Below are positions 1-10,454 of a DNA stretch of 64,000 nt, piece by piece. Source of the stretch: Flavobacteriia bacterium (GTDB lineage Bacteria; Bacteroidota; Bacteroidia; Flavobacteriales; Flavobacteriaceae); contig RFYP01000001.1 of assembly GCA_009921175.1 (NCBI GenBank), positions 8,389 to 72,388 of the forward strand. The letters are read 5' to 3'. Position 1 is the first letter of the stretch, and every line of letters begins with the position of its first letter. A model generated the notes under the pieces. The model was given only the letters and a program-made list of their open reading frames with translations. It did no database searches and was not told the DNA's origin. The position numbers and the translations under genes are program-made.

Positions 1-62
1 TCATATCCATGTCTTAAAGATAATTAAATTGGTGGTAAATGTTTTTCAGTATGGGCTTAGGG

Positions 63-875
63 TTATTGGGAGTATGCCTCGATGGCTTGACGTACACCTC
101 CGGCTTGGTCAAGTAGTTTTTGGGCTTGGGTAGGGGAGGCCCCGGTTTTCTCGATGATAATGTCTAGGGCTCGTTGCCTAAGTTTGGCGTTACTCAATTG
201 TAGATCGACCATTTTATTACCGTGCACATGTCCCAAACGAATCATAGCAGCTGTGGTAATCATATTTAACACCATTTTTTGGGCGGTTCCGGCCTTCATC
301 CTTGAACTGCCGGTCACAAATTCGGGCCCCACCACCACCGTAACAGGATGGTCCGCTACCTGCGTCAAAGGGGCTTCGGGATTACAACAAATACACCCGG
401 TAGGGATTTGCCGTTCTTGACAGGCTTTTAGGGCGTGTACAACATATGGAGTGGTGCCTGAGGCGGCAATGCCAATCACGATGTCCTTGGTATTGATATG
501 ATGATTTTGGAGGTCTTCCCAACCCAGGGTTGTGGAGTCTTCAGCATTTTCAACGGCCTTATGGATGGCGGCTTTTCCACCGGCAATCAACCCAATGACT
601 TTCCCGGGATCGGTTCCAAAAGTAGGAGGGCACTCAGATGCATCGAGGATACCGAGGCGGCCACTGGTTCCGGCACCCATATAAAAAATTCGACCACCGG
701 CTCGGAGCTGTTCTTCTACTTTTTCGATCAGGCGAACGATGTTGGGTAATACCTTACCCACCGCCAAGGCGACTTTTTGGTCTTCGGTGTGAATGCCTTG
801 AACAAGTTCTGCTACACTATAATTTTCAAGTCCGTCGTAGAGGGAGTCTTGTTCGGTAATTTTGGAAAATGCCAT
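63..875 (-). CDS. murQ: N-acetylmuramic acid 6-phosphate etherase (SIS domain)
   Basis: Motif GAGTSGRLGILDASECPPTFG is typical of MurQ. The track ORF begins at a TTG, so I moved the start to ATG (MAFSKITEQ). Confidence 0.85.
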   Translation of the reverse strand: MAFSKITEQDSLYDGLENYSVAELVQGIHTEDQKVALAVGKVLPNIVRLIEKVEEQLRAGGRIFYMGAGTSGRLGILDASECPPTFGTDPGKVIGLIAGGKAAIHKAVENAEDSTTLGWEDLQNHHINTKDIVIGIAASGTTPYVVHALKACQERQIPTGCICCNPEAPLTQVADHPVTVVVGPEFVTGSSRMKAGTAQKMVLNMITTAAMIRLGHVHGNKMVDLQLSNAKLRQRALDIIIEKTGASPTQAQKLLDQAGGVRQAIEAYSQ

Positions 876-891
876 AGGGTAAATATACAGC

Positions 892-920
892 AAAAAAAAC
901 GCTACCGAAGTAGCGTTTTT
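892..920 (-). terminator. Rho-independent terminator after icd
   Basis: On the minus strand: AAAACGCTAC-TTCG-GTAGCGTTTT followed by a T run. It lies in the icd-murQ spacer. Confidence 0.6.
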
Positions 921-922
921 AC

Positions 923-2149
923 TTATTTGAGTTCGGCTTCCAGATTGACCTTAAGGGCATCTAAAAAGGCCTGAGTGGTCAGATAATGGGATTCATTCAT
1001 GTCTTTTTCATGAATGAGTAAGGCCAAATCTTTGGTCATCTTACCACTTTCGACCGTGGCTATACAAACAGCTTCTAAGGTGGTGCAAAAGTCGATAAGT
1101 GCCTGATTATTATCAAGTTTACCACGGTGTGCCAAACCTCTGGTCCAAGCAAAAATCGAAGCGATAGGGTTGGTCGAAGTCGCTTTGCCCTGTTGGTGCA
1201 TGCGGTAGTGGCGCGTAACGGTACCGTGGGCCGCTTCGGCTTCCATGGTTTTTCCGTCAGGGGTTACCAAGGTTGAAGTCATTAATCCCAAAGAACCAAA
1301 TCCCTGGGCTACGGTATCGGACTGTACATCGCCATCATAATTTTTACATGCCCAGACAAAACCTCCACTCCATTTCATAGCAGCCGCAACCATATCATCG
1401 ATTAGGCGATGTTCGTAGGTGAGACCTTTGGCTTCGAAGGTAGCCTTAAATTCGTTGTCATAGACTTCTTGGAAAATATCCTTAAATCGACCGTCATAAG
1501 CCTTTAGAATGGTGTTTTTTGTAGAAAGATACAAAGGCCATCCTTTGTCTAGGGCACGGTTCATACACGAACGTGCAAATCCATAGATCGAGGAGTCGAT
1601 GTTGTACATACTCATGGCCACACCGTTTTCTTGGAAATTATAGACTTCCCAGGTTTGGGGTGCACTACCGTCTTCGGGCGTAAAAGTCATGGTGAGTTTT
1701 CCCTTACCTTGGGTTACTATATCCGTAGCTTTATATTGATCGCCAAAAGCGTGTCGTCCGATACAAATGGGTTTAGTCCACCCTTGTACATAACGCGGAA
1801 CGTTTTTCATAATGATGGGCTCCCGAAAAACAGTCCCCCCCACAATGTTACGAATGGTTCCGTTGGGAGAGCGGTACATTTTCTTGAGACCAAACTCCTG
1901 TACCCGCCCTTCGTCTGGGGTAATCGTGGCACATTTGATTCCTACGTTGTATTTTTTTACTGCTTCAGCGGCATCGATGGTGATTTGATCGTCGGTAGCA
2001 TCGCGCGATGTGATTCCAAGATCGTAGTATTTAATATCGAGGTCGATATAAGGAAGGATTAGTTGTTCTTTGATAAAACGCCAGATGATGCGGGTCATTT
2101 CATCACCATCCATTTCTACGACAGGTTGGGCTACTTTTATTTTGGACAT
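923..2149 (-). CDS. icd: NADP-dependent isocitrate dehydrogenase (eukaryote-like homodimeric type)
   Basis: Full-length similarity to IDH1-type enzymes ([29 protein letters not shown]). Start set at ATG 2149. Confidence 0.9.
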   Translation of the reverse strand: MSKIKVAQPVVEMDGDEMTRIIWRFIKEQLILPYIDLDIKYYDLGITSRDATDDQITIDAAEAVKKYNVGIKCATITPDEGRVQEFGLKKMYRSPNGTIRNIVGGTVFREPIIMKNVPRYVQGWTKPICIGRHAFGDQYKATDIVTQGKGKLTMTFTPEDGSAPQTWEVYNFQENGVAMSMYNIDSSIYGFARSCMNRALDKGWPLYLSTKNTILKAYDGRFKDIFQEVYDNEFKATFEAKGLTYEHRLIDDMVAAAMKWSGGFVWACKNYDGDVQSDTVAQGFGSLGLMTSTLVTPDGKTMEAEAAHGTVTRHYRMHQQGKATSTNPIASIFAWTRGLAHRGKLDNNQALIDFCTTLEAVCIATVESGKMTKDLALLIHEKDMNESHYLTTQAFLDALKVNLEAELK

Positions 2150-2173
2150 AGTTTCAATTTTGGTTTCTCTTTG

Positions 2174-2181
2174 CAAATATA
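2174..2181 (-). promoter_or_regulatory. Bacteroidota -7 box TATATTTG upstream of icd
   Basis: The minus strand reads TATATTTG (consensus TAnnTTTG) about 25 nt upstream of the icd ATG. Confidence 0.4.
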
Positions 2182-2220
2182 GTTTGGAACAATCAAAGGT
2201 AATACCCTTGCGATTACCCC

Positions 2221-2249
2221 AAAAAAAAGACCGCTTACAGCGATCTTTT
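2221..2249 (-). terminator. Rho-independent terminator after rplS
   Basis: On the minus strand: GATCGC-TGTAA-GCGGTC followed by T8. Confidence 0.55.
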
Positions 2250-2253
2250 AAAA

Positions 2254-2604
2254 TTATTTTCTAACTTCTTTCAGACGCGCTTTTTTACCTCGTAATTGTT
2301 TGAAGTAGTAAATGCGAGACTGACGTACTTTACCTTTGCTGTTTAATTCAATTTTTTGAAGGGTTGGCAAATTGATGGGGAATATACGCTCTACCCCAAC
2401 GGTACCCGACATTTTACGGATGGTAAACGTTTTGGAAAGACCTTGTCCTTTGATTTGGATTACAACGCCTTTAAAAAACTGGGTACGTACTTTGTCACCT
2501 TCTCGAATTTCGTAATAAACGGTAAGGGTGTCACCGGCAGAAAATGCGGGAAAGTCTTTTTTTTCGATGCATTCGTTTTGCACGAAGCTAATGAATGATT
2601 CCAT
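2254..2604 (-). CDS. rplS: 50S ribosomal protein L19
   Basis: 116 aa. L19 pattern ([19 protein letters not shown]) and the classic trmD-rplS adjacency. Confidence 0.9.
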   Translation of the reverse strand: MESFISFVQNECIEKKDFPAFSAGDTLTVYYEIREGDKVRTQFFKGVVIQIKGQGLSKTFTIRKMSGTVGVERIFPINLPTLQKIELNSKGKVRQSRIYYFKQLRGKKARLKEVRK

Positions 2605-2715
2605 TTTAAAATCTTAAAAAGTTCGTTCAAGCAACATACACGATTTTCGCCAGCGGTTTTCTTGAATCGGTTGCAAAATTAATCGATATTTTTAAAATAT
2701 CAACTATTCTTGCTT

Positions 2716-3396
2716 TTAATTATCATCCAGTAAATCGGGGCGGAGTGCTTGTGTTCGTTGATAAGCCATTTCTTCGCGCCAGGCTTCTACTTTGGGGGTA
2801 TTGCCGGAGGTCAAAATTTGAGGGACCTGCCATCCCTTGTAACTTTCGGGACGGGTATAAATTGGAGGGGCCAATAAACCGTCTTGAAAACTGTCAGAAA
2901 GTGCCGAAGATTCGTCACCCAATACCCCAGGAATAAGGCGGATAATACTGTCACAAAGCACCGCTGCGGCTAGCTCGCCCCCCGACAGCACAAAATCTCC
3001 GATGGAAATTTCTTCTGTAATAAGGTGTTCACGAACTCGCTGATCGACCCCTTTGTAATGGCCGCAAAGTAAAATTATGTTTTGGTGTAGCGAAAGGGCA
3101 TTGGCTTTGGATTGATTTAGGCGTTCTCCGTCGGGAGTTAGGTAAATTATAGCATCATAATCGCGTTCCGCTTTTAGGGCCTGAATACATTTGTCAATCG
3201 GTTCGATCATCACCACCATACCGGCCCCGCCCCCGTAGGGATAATCGTCGACCTGATTTTGATTGTTGCTACTGTAATCGCGTAATTGATGAAAATGTAC
3301 ACCTACTTTCTGCTGCGTAATGGCGCGTTTGACAATCGAAGCTTCAAAGGGACTTTGCAGTAGTTCCGGAAAAAGGGTGATGATATCGATGCGCAT
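2716..3396 (-). CDS. trmD: tRNA (guanine37-N1)-methyltransferase
   Basis: [12 protein letters not shown]-terminus, YGGGAGMV and GHYKG.DQR motifs. Start moved to ATG 3396. Confidence 0.9.
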   Translation of the reverse strand: MRIDIITLFPELLQSPFEASIVKRAITQQKVGVHFHQLRDYSSNNQNQVDDYPYGGGAGMVVMIEPIDKCIQALKAERDYDAIIYLTPDGERLNQSKANALSLHQNIILLCGHYKGVDQRVREHLITEEISIGDFVLSGGELAAAVLCDSIIRLIPGVLGDESSALSDSFQDGLLAPPIYTRPESYKGWQVPQILTSGNTPKVEAWREEMAYQRTQALRPDLLDDN

Positions 3397-3416
3397 CTCT
3401 TTTTTTTTCAAAGGTC

Positions 3417-3450
3417 AAAAAAAACCACGAGATAACATATCCCGTGGTTT
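3417..3450 (-). terminator. Rho-independent terminator after the HtrA-like protease gene
   Basis: On the minus strand: AAACCACG, a 13-nt loop, CGTGGTTT, then a T run. Confidence 0.6.
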
Positions 3451-3471
3451 AGGATTTGCCGATTGTGGGGT

Positions 3472-4845
3472 CTAATACTTAAAGGGAATCAGCACCTTTT
3501 CTCCATCACGGCCCATAAACAAGATATTGTCCACGTCCTCCAGGGTGTAATTGGTGATTTTGTCCACGTCCTCCATTTTATTTTGGTTAATCTCCAAAAT
3601 ATAGTACCCCTCTTCTATGCCATAGCGAAGCAATCCCCGGTTTTGGTTACGGGTAATTTTTACGCCATAATCCAGGTTGAATTTTTTGCGTTCCTCTTCC
3701 TCGAGATTTTGAAGTTCTAATCCAATAAAAAGGGCTCGCGATGTCTTTTCCAAGCGCACAGTGGTTTCTTTTTCAATGCCGATACGGATATATTTAACAT
3801 GGACCTTATCGCCAGGTCTTTTGCTGGAAAGATGGCCGGTGAGATCCGAGAATTTATTGATGTTAAATCCATCGACACTTTTGATAATGTCCTGAGGTTG
3901 AATACCCGCTTTGGCCGCACCCATTTCGGGTTCTACCGAAGAAACATAAAAACCTTCGGTTTCGACCACATTCAATTCACTAGCGATGTCGGCATTTAGC
4001 GCAGCACCCTGAACGCCCATCAGGCCTTTTTGTACATTGCCATATTCAAGAAGGTCTTCGAACACTTTACGGGCAATATTACTAGGTACGGCAAATGAAT
4101 AGCCTACAAAACCTCCCGTCAAGGAAGAAATGGCGGTATTGATACCTACCAATTCACCTTTTAGATTGACCAAGGCTCCGCCGCTATTTCCTTGGTTTAC
4201 GGCTGCATCGGTTTGAATAAAGAATTGATTTTTATCATCTCTAAGGTTTAAATCACGTGCTTTGGCACTGATTATTCCTGCGGTGACTGTCGCATTGAGG
4301 TTAAAGGGATTACCTACAGCCAGCACCCATTCTCCGATCTGGGCATTATCAGAATCACCAAAAGAAATGTATTCCAAGGGCTGGTCGCTGTCAATTTTTA
4401 AAACAGCGATATCGGTATAGGCATCCGATCCGATAAGGGTAGCGTTGTATTTTTTATTGTCATTGGTCGTTACCTCGATATCGGTTGCCGCTTCGATGAC
4501 ATGGTAGTTGGTGATGATATAACCGTCGGGCGATACGACCACCCCCGAACCGGTTCCAATTTTTTGAGGTGTACTATTACCATAAAAATTTCTTAGCCAA
4601 GACGATTGACTACCTCCGTAGGAGCTGATGTTTTTTACATGCACAACGCCATCAATGGTTTTGGCGGCAGCATCAATAAAGTCTGCATTTTCAAGGGTCG
4701 ATGGTGCAAGATACTTTACGGGGACCGTTTGAGGTGTGGTGAGTACTGCTTGAGGTTGAGGAGCATCTTGAAGGCTTTGATAGACAAAAACCGCGATAAA
4801 TCCGCTAAGGATGGAGCTGAGGATAAGTTGTAATTTTGACTTCAT
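3472..4845 (-). CDS. Periplasmic serine endoprotease, HtrA/DegP/DegQ family, with PDZ domains
   Basis: N-terminal signal/TM segment, trypsin-like catalytic motif GNSGGALVN, and a PDZ-like C-terminal half. Confidence 0.85.
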   Translation of the reverse strand: MKSKLQLILSSILSGFIAVFVYQSLQDAPQPQAVLTTPQTVPVKYLAPSTLENADFIDAAAKTIDGVVHVKNISSYGGSQSSWLRNFYGNSTPQKIGTGSGVVVSPDGYIITNYHVIEAATDIEVTTNDNKKYNATLIGSDAYTDIAVLKIDSDQPLEYISFGDSDNAQIGEWVLAVGNPFNLNATVTAGIISAKARDLNLRDDKNQFFIQTDAAVNQGNSGGALVNLKGELVGINTAISSLTGGFVGYSFAVPSNIARKVFEDLLEYGNVQKGLMGVQGAALNADIASELNVVETEGFYVSSVEPEMGAAKAGIQPQDIIKSVDGFNINKFSDLTGHLSSKRPGDKVHVKYIRIGIEKETTVRLEKTSRALFIGLELQNLEEEERKKFNLDYGVKITRNQNRGLLRYGIEEGYYILEINQNKMEDVDKITNYTLEDVDNILFMGRDGEKVLIPFKY

Positions 4846-4967
4846 GATTCACAAAATTTTTTATCAAAATTATTAAATGATCCGGGAGAAAAAAATCCTA
4901 AAAAAACCTTTTAACGCAGTTTTAACAGCCTTTTAGGCGGTGTTTTTTGTTTACATTTATACCTAGA

Positions 4968-5756
4968 ATGGAACGGCAATTTTATAAATATCACGGTGCG
5001 GGAAATGATTTTATATTGTTTGACAACTGTCAAAAACCCCCACAAAGCTTTAGTCAAGCTCAAATTGCTTCGTGGTGTCGTCGTCGGTTTGGAATTGGCG
5101 CCGATGGGTTTATCAGCATCGAAAAAAGTCAAACGGCTGATTTTTATATGCGTTACTATAACGCCGACGGTAACGTTAGTACCATGTGTGGAAATGGTGG
5201 ACGTTGTGCGGTGGCTTTTGCCCATCGGTTAGGTTTGATTGATACGGATTGTACTTTTGAAGCAGCAGATGGTCTCCACCAAGCCTCATTAGGAGCCGAG
5301 GGTTTGGTAAAATTGGGTATGAAAGACGTAAAATCCGTAACGCAAACATCCACTCATTGTTTTGTCGATACAGGTTCTCCGCACCATGTACTTTTTCAAA
5401 AAAACATAAATAGCCTCGACGTGGCTTTGTTGGGCCGTGAAATTCGCTATGGAGCACCTTACTTTGAAACGGGGGCCAACGTAAATTTTGTCGAGCACGA
5501 AGATGGAAATCGATTTTTGATTCGGACCTATGAACGTGGGGTTGAAGCAGAGACCTTAGCCTGTGGTACAGGGGCTGTAGCGGCGGCTTTGAGCGCTTAC
5601 ACTTTGGGGCACACCAATAGCATGACGGTAGAGATTGATACAAAAGGAGGGCGTTTAACAGTTTCATTCGAGCCACAAAATGGAGGTTTTGAAAACATTA
5701 CTTTGAAAGGACCAACGACTTTTGTTTGTCAGATGACCTTAAATATCAACGAATGA
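4968..5756 (+). CDS. dapF: Diaminopimelate epimerase
   Basis: FYKYHGAGNDFILFD N-terminus and the two catalytic Cys contexts (MCGNG, LACGTG). Confidence 0.9.
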   Translation: MERQFYKYHGAGNDFILFDNCQKPPQSFSQAQIASWCRRRFGIGADGFISIEKSQTADFYMRYYNADGNVSTMCGNGGRCAVAFAHRLGLIDTDCTFEAADGLHQASLGAEGLVKLGMKDVKSVTQTSTHCFVDTGSPHHVLFQKNINSLDVALLGREIRYGAPYFETGANVNFVEHEDGNRFLIRTYERGVEAETLACGTGAVAAALSAYTLGHTNSMTVEIDTKGGRLTVSFEPQNGGFENITLKGPTTFVCQMTLNINE

Positions 5757-6237
5757 GTATACGATTAAGAGCCCTTGAAATCAGCGACATTGACCGTTTG
5801 TACAGTGTTGAAAACGACTCCTCGCTTTGGAAATACAGCAACCGTACTCATCCCTATTCCAAAGCCACCTTGATGGACTATATCGCTCAGGCACATCAAG
5901 ACATCTATCAGGCTGGGCAACTGCGATTGGCTATAGCCAATGCGCAAGACGAAGCAGTGGGATTTGTTGATTTATTTGATTTTGAACCGCTGCATCGTCG
6001 GGCGGGTATAGGTCTGGTGGTATGTCAAGAAGAACGCAACAAAGGTTATGCTACTACCGCCTTACAATTGTTAATGACCTATTCGATAGAACACCTTATG
6101 CTGGTATCGCAGCAGAAAATAAAGAAAGCATCCGGCTTTTTGAGGTCTGTGGTTTTGAAAAAACCGGGTATAAAAAACAATGGAATTTTTATGAAGCGGC
6201 CTACCATGATGAATATTTTTATCAAAAAATCTTATGA
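5753..6237 (+). pseudogene. GNAT (RimJ/RimL-like) N-acetyltransferase, frame-disrupted
   Basis: The N-terminal two thirds, including GIGLVVCQEERNKGYATTALQLL, are in one frame. The canonical GNAT C-terminus YAGIAAENKESIRLFEVCGFEKTG is in another frame (track ORF 6022..6237). The junction is near 6085-6095. Both ends make ATGA overlaps with neighbouring genes (dapF stop, mltG start). Confidence 0.5.
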
Positions 6238-7280
6238 CCTATCGCCGTAAAATACTTGTACTGATCGTGTTATTGGGCAGCCTATTGGGGGTGTATTTTG
6301 TCTATACTTTTTACGCTGTATTTTTTCAAGATAACACCCGTTTTGCCCAAAAAAGCCAGGTGGTGTATATCCGAACAGGAACCGATTTATCCACCTTGGT
6401 CACTCAGTTAGCACCCTACCTAAAATCGCCTGATAATTTTGTTTTGGCCGCCCAAAAGAAGGGCTATGCAACACGTATTCGCTCTGGAAAATATGTGTTG
6501 TCTCAAGGCAGTTCGAACAACGACTTGATCAATACACTCCGGGCCCAAAGCCAAACCGTATTGGTGCGCTTTAACAACCAAGAGCGATTGGAAGATTTGG
6601 CTGGACGTCTGGCCGGGCAACTCGAACCGGATAGTTTAGACTATCTAAGTACCTTCCGATCGACCGATTTTTTAAAGGACAAACCCTTTAATGCTGAGAA
6701 TGCACTGGCCATGTACCTTCCCAATACCTATGAATTTTATTGGGACACTTCAGCCGCGGCCTTTTGTACACGTATGTGGAGCGAATATCAACGCTTTTGG
6801 AATGACACCCGTCTTGAAAAAGCGCAAGCCTTGGGATTGACCCCAGAGCAGGTTATCGCATTGGCAGCTATAGTGCAAAAAGAATCCGTGCAAAAAGAAG
6901 AGCGCCCAAAAGTCGCGGGAGTATATCTTAACCGACTTAAACGCGGTATGAAACTGCAGGCTGACCCGACAGTGATTTATGCTCTTAAGCAAAACACACA
7001 AAATTTTGATACACTGATTAAACGGGTTTTGTATAAAGATTTGACGATTCGTTCTCCCTATAATACCTATCGAAATAAGGGAATACCCCCTGGGCCTATT
7101 ACCATGCCCGATTTGGATGCGATCACGGCCGTATTGAATCCCGAAGAGCACCGATTTTTATATTTTGTCGCTGATCCCTCTCGACCCGGATACCATGCTT
7201 TTGCCTCTAGTCTAACTGCACACAACCGCAACAAGCAAAAATATGTACAGTGGGTCAACGCCCAAAAAATTTACCGTTAG
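6234..7280 (+). CDS. mltG: Endolytic murein transglycosylase (YceG family)
   Basis: N-terminal TM helix and the YceG motif VYLNRLKRGMKLQADPTVIYA. Confidence 0.85.
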   Translation: MTYRRKILVLIVLLGSLLGVYFVYTFYAVFFQDNTRFAQKSQVVYIRTGTDLSTLVTQLAPYLKSPDNFVLAAQKKGYATRIRSGKYVLSQGSSNNDLINTLRAQSQTVLVRFNNQERLEDLAGRLAGQLEPDSLDYLSTFRSTDFLKDKPFNAENALAMYLPNTYEFYWDTSAAAFCTRMWSEYQRFWNDTRLEKAQALGLTPEQVIALAAIVQKESVQKEERPKVAGVYLNRLKRGMKLQADPTVIYALKQNTQNFDTLIKRVLYKDLTIRSPYNTYRNKGIPPGPITMPDLDAITAVLNPEEHRFLYFVADPSRPGYHAFASSLTAHNRNKQKYVQWVNAQKIYR

Positions 7281-7284
7281 CAGC

Positions 7285-7998
7285 TTATTGAAGAATAAAA
7301 AGTGTAGGTTTTTTGTGTAAATCGGGGGCTTTGGACTTTTTCCAATCCACGATGGATTGGGTTTTAATATACTCCTCTGGCAATGTAAGGTTACAGGCAA
7401 CGGTTAATCGGGTTTCGTTGTTCAGCACCTTGCATAACTGCTCAAAAAGTACCTGGTTTCGGTATGGCGTTTCGATAAACAATTGAGCCTGTTGATCACG
7501 ACGTGCCCGTTGTTCTAATTGCAACATGGTTTTTTTCTTGGCCATTTTGTCAATGGGTAAATAGCCATTAAAGGCAAAATTTTGCCCGTTTAGTCCAGAA
7601 GCCATCAGGGCCAAAAGCAGGGATGACGGCCCAACGAGGGGCTTTACATCAATGTTGTTTTGATGGGCTTTTTCAACAATCAATGCCCCGGGATCGGCCA
7701 CTCCTGGACAACCTGCATCTGAGAGCACCCCCATGGGATATCCTTGTAAACAGGGGTCAAGGTAGTCTTTGATTTCGAGTTCAGCGCTGTATTTATCGAG
7801 TATGTAGATCGATAAATCCGCTTGTTTTTTGTTAGGAGCGATTTTTTTGATAAAACGCCGAGCGGTCTTTTCGTTTTCTACGATATAGTGGTCAATTTTT
7901 TCAACCCACTGGCGAATGATCAAAGGCAAAACCTCCATCGGGGCGTTGTCGCCCAACGGAGTGGGGATTAGAATCAGTGGTCCATATGCATTAGCCAT
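7285..7998 (-). CDS. SAM-dependent methyltransferase, tetrapyrrole-methylase (RsmI/YraL-like) fold
   Basis: LILIPTPLGD N-terminus and the SDAG.PGVADPG motif typical of this family. Confidence 0.7.
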   Translation of the reverse strand: MANAYGPLILIPTPLGDNAPMEVLPLIIRQWVEKIDHYIVENEKTARRFIKKIAPNKKQADLSIYILDKYSAELEIKDYLDPCLQGYPMGVLSDAGCPGVADPGALIVEKAHQNNIDVKPLVGPSSLLLALMASGLNGQNFAFNGYLPIDKMAKKKTMLQLEQRARRDQQAQLFIETPYRNQVLFEQLCKVLNNETRLTVACNLTLPEEYIKTQSIVDWKKSKAPDLHKKPTLFILQ

Positions 7999-8428
7999 CG
8001 GTCAGGGATTTTTTTAGGGTTGAACAAGCTTGGTCGATCACGTCGAATACTTGGGCAAAACCTTTGTCCCCGCCGTAATAGGGATCGGGAACTTCTTGTT
8101 GGCCGCATAAAAGTTGGACTTTGTTTTTATGGATTTCATTCGGGGCGATGTGAAGTACATTTTGGTAATTTGCATGATCCATTACATAGATACGGTCAAA
8201 TAGCTCAAAATCTTCAACTTGAAATTGGCGAGCTCGTTGACCGCTAATGTCAATGCCGTGGGCCGCTGCAATGGCGATACTTCTTTTGTCCGGTGGCTCA
8301 CCCACATGATAGGCTGCGGTTCCTGCAGAGTCCACCTGATGAAGAGTAGGATCTAATTTGGATTGTAAGATTCCCTCTGCCAAGGGCGATCGACAGATAT
8401 TCCCAAGACAGACCATGAGCACTTTCAT
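7991..8428 (-). CDS. Low-molecular-weight protein-tyrosine phosphatase
   Basis: CX5R(S/T) P-loop VCLGNICRSPLAEG and a C-terminal DPYYG. Confidence 0.85.
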   Translation of the reverse strand: MKVLMVCLGNICRSPLAEGILQSKLDPTLHQVDSAGTAAYHVGEPPDKRSIAIAAAHGIDISGQRARQFQVEDFELFDRIYVMDHANYQNVLHIAPNEIHKNKVQLLCGQQEVPDPYYGGDKGFAQVFDVIDQACSTLKKSLTDG

Positions 8429-8437
8429 GCGAAGAAT

Positions 8438-9865
8438 TTAAAGGGTCAACTTTTGGTTGAGGTCGTCCACATATTTGCGGAACTGCTTATCGGTAAAACT
8501 GAGGTTATCTACCGTTTTGCAGGCGTGTAATACGGTTGCATGATCTCTTTTACCGATTTGAGAACCGATGCTCGCCAAGGAGGCTTTGGTAAACTTTTTG
8601 GCAAAATACATGGCCAATTGTCGGGCCTGGACGATATGTCGCTTACGGGTTTTGGACTGTAAGGTGTCAATGTCCATTTGGAAATATTCGGATACGACTT
8701 TTTGGATGTAGTCAATCGATACTTCGCGTTTGGTGTTTTTGACAAATTTATTGACAACTTCTTTGGCCAGTTCGACCGTGATTTCCATTTTGTTAAAAGA
8801 TGACTGGGCAATTAGTGAAATAATGGCTCCTTCGAGTTCACGGACGTTGGTTTTGATGTTTTTAGCAACATATTCTACTATCGAATCTGGCATTTCTAAG
8901 CCATCGCGATAGAGTTTGTTTTTAAGGATCGAAATTCGAGTTTCAAAATCGGGAATTTGTAACTCGGCAGAAAGTCCCCATTTAAAGCGTGATAAAAGAC
9001 GTTGTTCAATGTCTTGCATATCTACCGGCGCTTTGTCTGAGGTAATAATTACCTGTTTTCCGTTCTGGTGTAGGTGGTTGAAAATATGGAAGAAAACATC
9101 TTGCGTTCCTGATTTACCACTCAAAAACTGAACATCATCAATTATGAGCACATCAATGAGTTGGTAAAAATGGATAAAATCGTTTCGGGTATTCTTTTTG
9201 ACCGACTCCACATACTGTTGGGTAAACTTTTCTGCAGAAATGTAAAGCACAGTTTTATCGGCGTATTTTTCTTTGATTTCGACTCCTATGGCATGGGCAA
9301 GATGGGTTTTTCCAAGGCCAACGCCACCGAAGATTAATAGGGGATTAAACGAGGTCCCTCCCGGTTTGTTAGAAACAGCCATACCAGCAGAACGGGCCAA
9401 GCGGTTGGCATCACCTTCTAAAAAATTGTCAAAATTGTAATTAGGATTAAGCTGTGACTCTACTTCAAGATTGCGTATCCCCGGGATGACAAACGGGTTT
9501 TTAAGTTCCGTGGTGTACGTATTAAGTGGAGCATCGACCTGTTGGGTATTTTGAATACTCTTGGTGTTACTGGGAATACTTTCGGTATGCGCCAGTTTGT
9601 TACCATACGTATTTTCCATCCGGATGACGTAGATCAAACGTGCATCTTTGCCCAATTCTTTAGTCAGTGCCGATTTTAGAAGTTTGATGTAGTGTTCTTC
9701 CAACCACTCATAGAAAAACCGACTGGGTACTTCGACGCTTAAAACGTTGTCTTCGAGTTTTACAGGCTTAATAGGAACAAACCAGGTCTTAAAAGCTTGG
9801 GATTGGATATTATCCTCAATAAAATTTAAGCAATTTTGCCAAACATGAACGGCGGAAGTACTCAT
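8438..9865 (-). CDS. dnaA: Chromosomal replication initiator protein DnaA
   Basis: Walker A GGVGLGKTHL, IIDDVQF, and the C-terminal DNA-binding helix (RDHATVLHA). Confidence 0.95.
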   Translation of the reverse strand: MSTSAVHVWQNCLNFIEDNIQSQAFKTWFVPIKPVKLEDNVLSVEVPSRFFYEWLEEHYIKLLKSALTKELGKDARLIYVIRMENTYGNKLAHTESIPSNTKSIQNTQQVDAPLNTYTTELKNPFVIPGIRNLEVESQLNPNYNFDNFLEGDANRLARSAGMAVSNKPGGTSFNPLLIFGGVGLGKTHLAHAIGVEIKEKYADKTVLYISAEKFTQQYVESVKKNTRNDFIHFYQLIDVLIIDDVQFLSGKSGTQDVFFHIFNHLHQNGKQVIITSDKAPVDMQDIEQRLLSRFKWGLSAELQIPDFETRISILKNKLYRDGLEMPDSIVEYVAKNIKTNVRELEGAIISLIAQSSFNKMEITVELAKEVVNKFVKNTKREVSIDYIQKVVSEYFQMDIDTLQSKTRKRHIVQARQLAMYFAKKFTKASLASIGSQIGKRDHATVLHACKTVDNLSFTDKQFRKYVDDLNQKLTL

Positions 9866-10040
9866 TTATTGTTTAGTGCTTTTAAGTGAAAATTGAACGT
9901 CTTTATTTGGTTTGTTAGTTAAGGCAAATATGGCTTAAAAAATTTTAAAAAAAAATATAAAACCGTATTGAAATTTAATTTTTTTTGTTGGATATTATGA
10001 CTCGTCGGGTTTGTTGTAAAAACCCAAATTTTTTCCAAAA

Positions 10041-10454
10041 ATGCAGTTTACTACTTCACCACTTTTGGTACGTTACTCAGATACCGATCAAATGGGTTTT
10101 GTCCATCACAGCAACTATTTGTGTTATTTTGAAATAGCCCGACTGGAGTGGCTAAAGGAATTGGGTATTTCGTATAAAAAGATGGAAGAGGAAAAACTAT
10201 TACTCCCTGTAGCCGGCGCCCATATAAACTTTTTACGTCCCTGTTATTTTGAAGACCAACTCAGGGTTACTGTTGTATTAGAGGAATTGCCCAAGGCGAG
10301 TTTGGACTTTACCTACGAAATTCGAAACCAGCATGGGGTATTGGTTTGTACGGGCAGTACGAGACTTGCTTTTTTGGATGCCCATACGGGGCGGCCTACC
10401 CGTTGTCCACAACAACTTTATCAGGCTTTTGAATCACTCTGCGAGACCGAATAA
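10041..10454 (+). CDS. Acyl-CoA thioesterase, YbgC/4HBT hotdog family
   Basis: VRYSDTDQMGFVHHSNY motif. Confidence 0.8.
   Translation: MQFTTSPLLVRYSDTDQMGFVHHSNYLCYFEIARLEWLKELGISYKKMEEEKLLLPVAGAHINFLRPCYFEDQLRVTVVLEELPKASLDFTYEIRNQHGVLVCTGSTRLAFLDAHTGRPTRCPQQLYQAFESLCETE

Noticed and set aside
5176-5676. 166-aa ORF antisense to dapF
   Set aside because: It lies entirely inside a well-supported gene on the other strand. Its composition is low-complexity and Arg/Leu/Pro-rich with no motifs. This is a typical shadow ORF.
9866-10040. Possible oriC in the AT-rich spacer immediately upstream of dnaA
   Set aside because: The spacer is only about 175 bp. I found no TTATCCACA/TGTGGATAA-like DnaA boxes in it by eye, and the nearest resemblance (TGTTGGATATT) is poor. 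AT-richness alone is expected for a divergent promoter region. A genome-wide GC-skew and DnaA-box cluster search would be needed.
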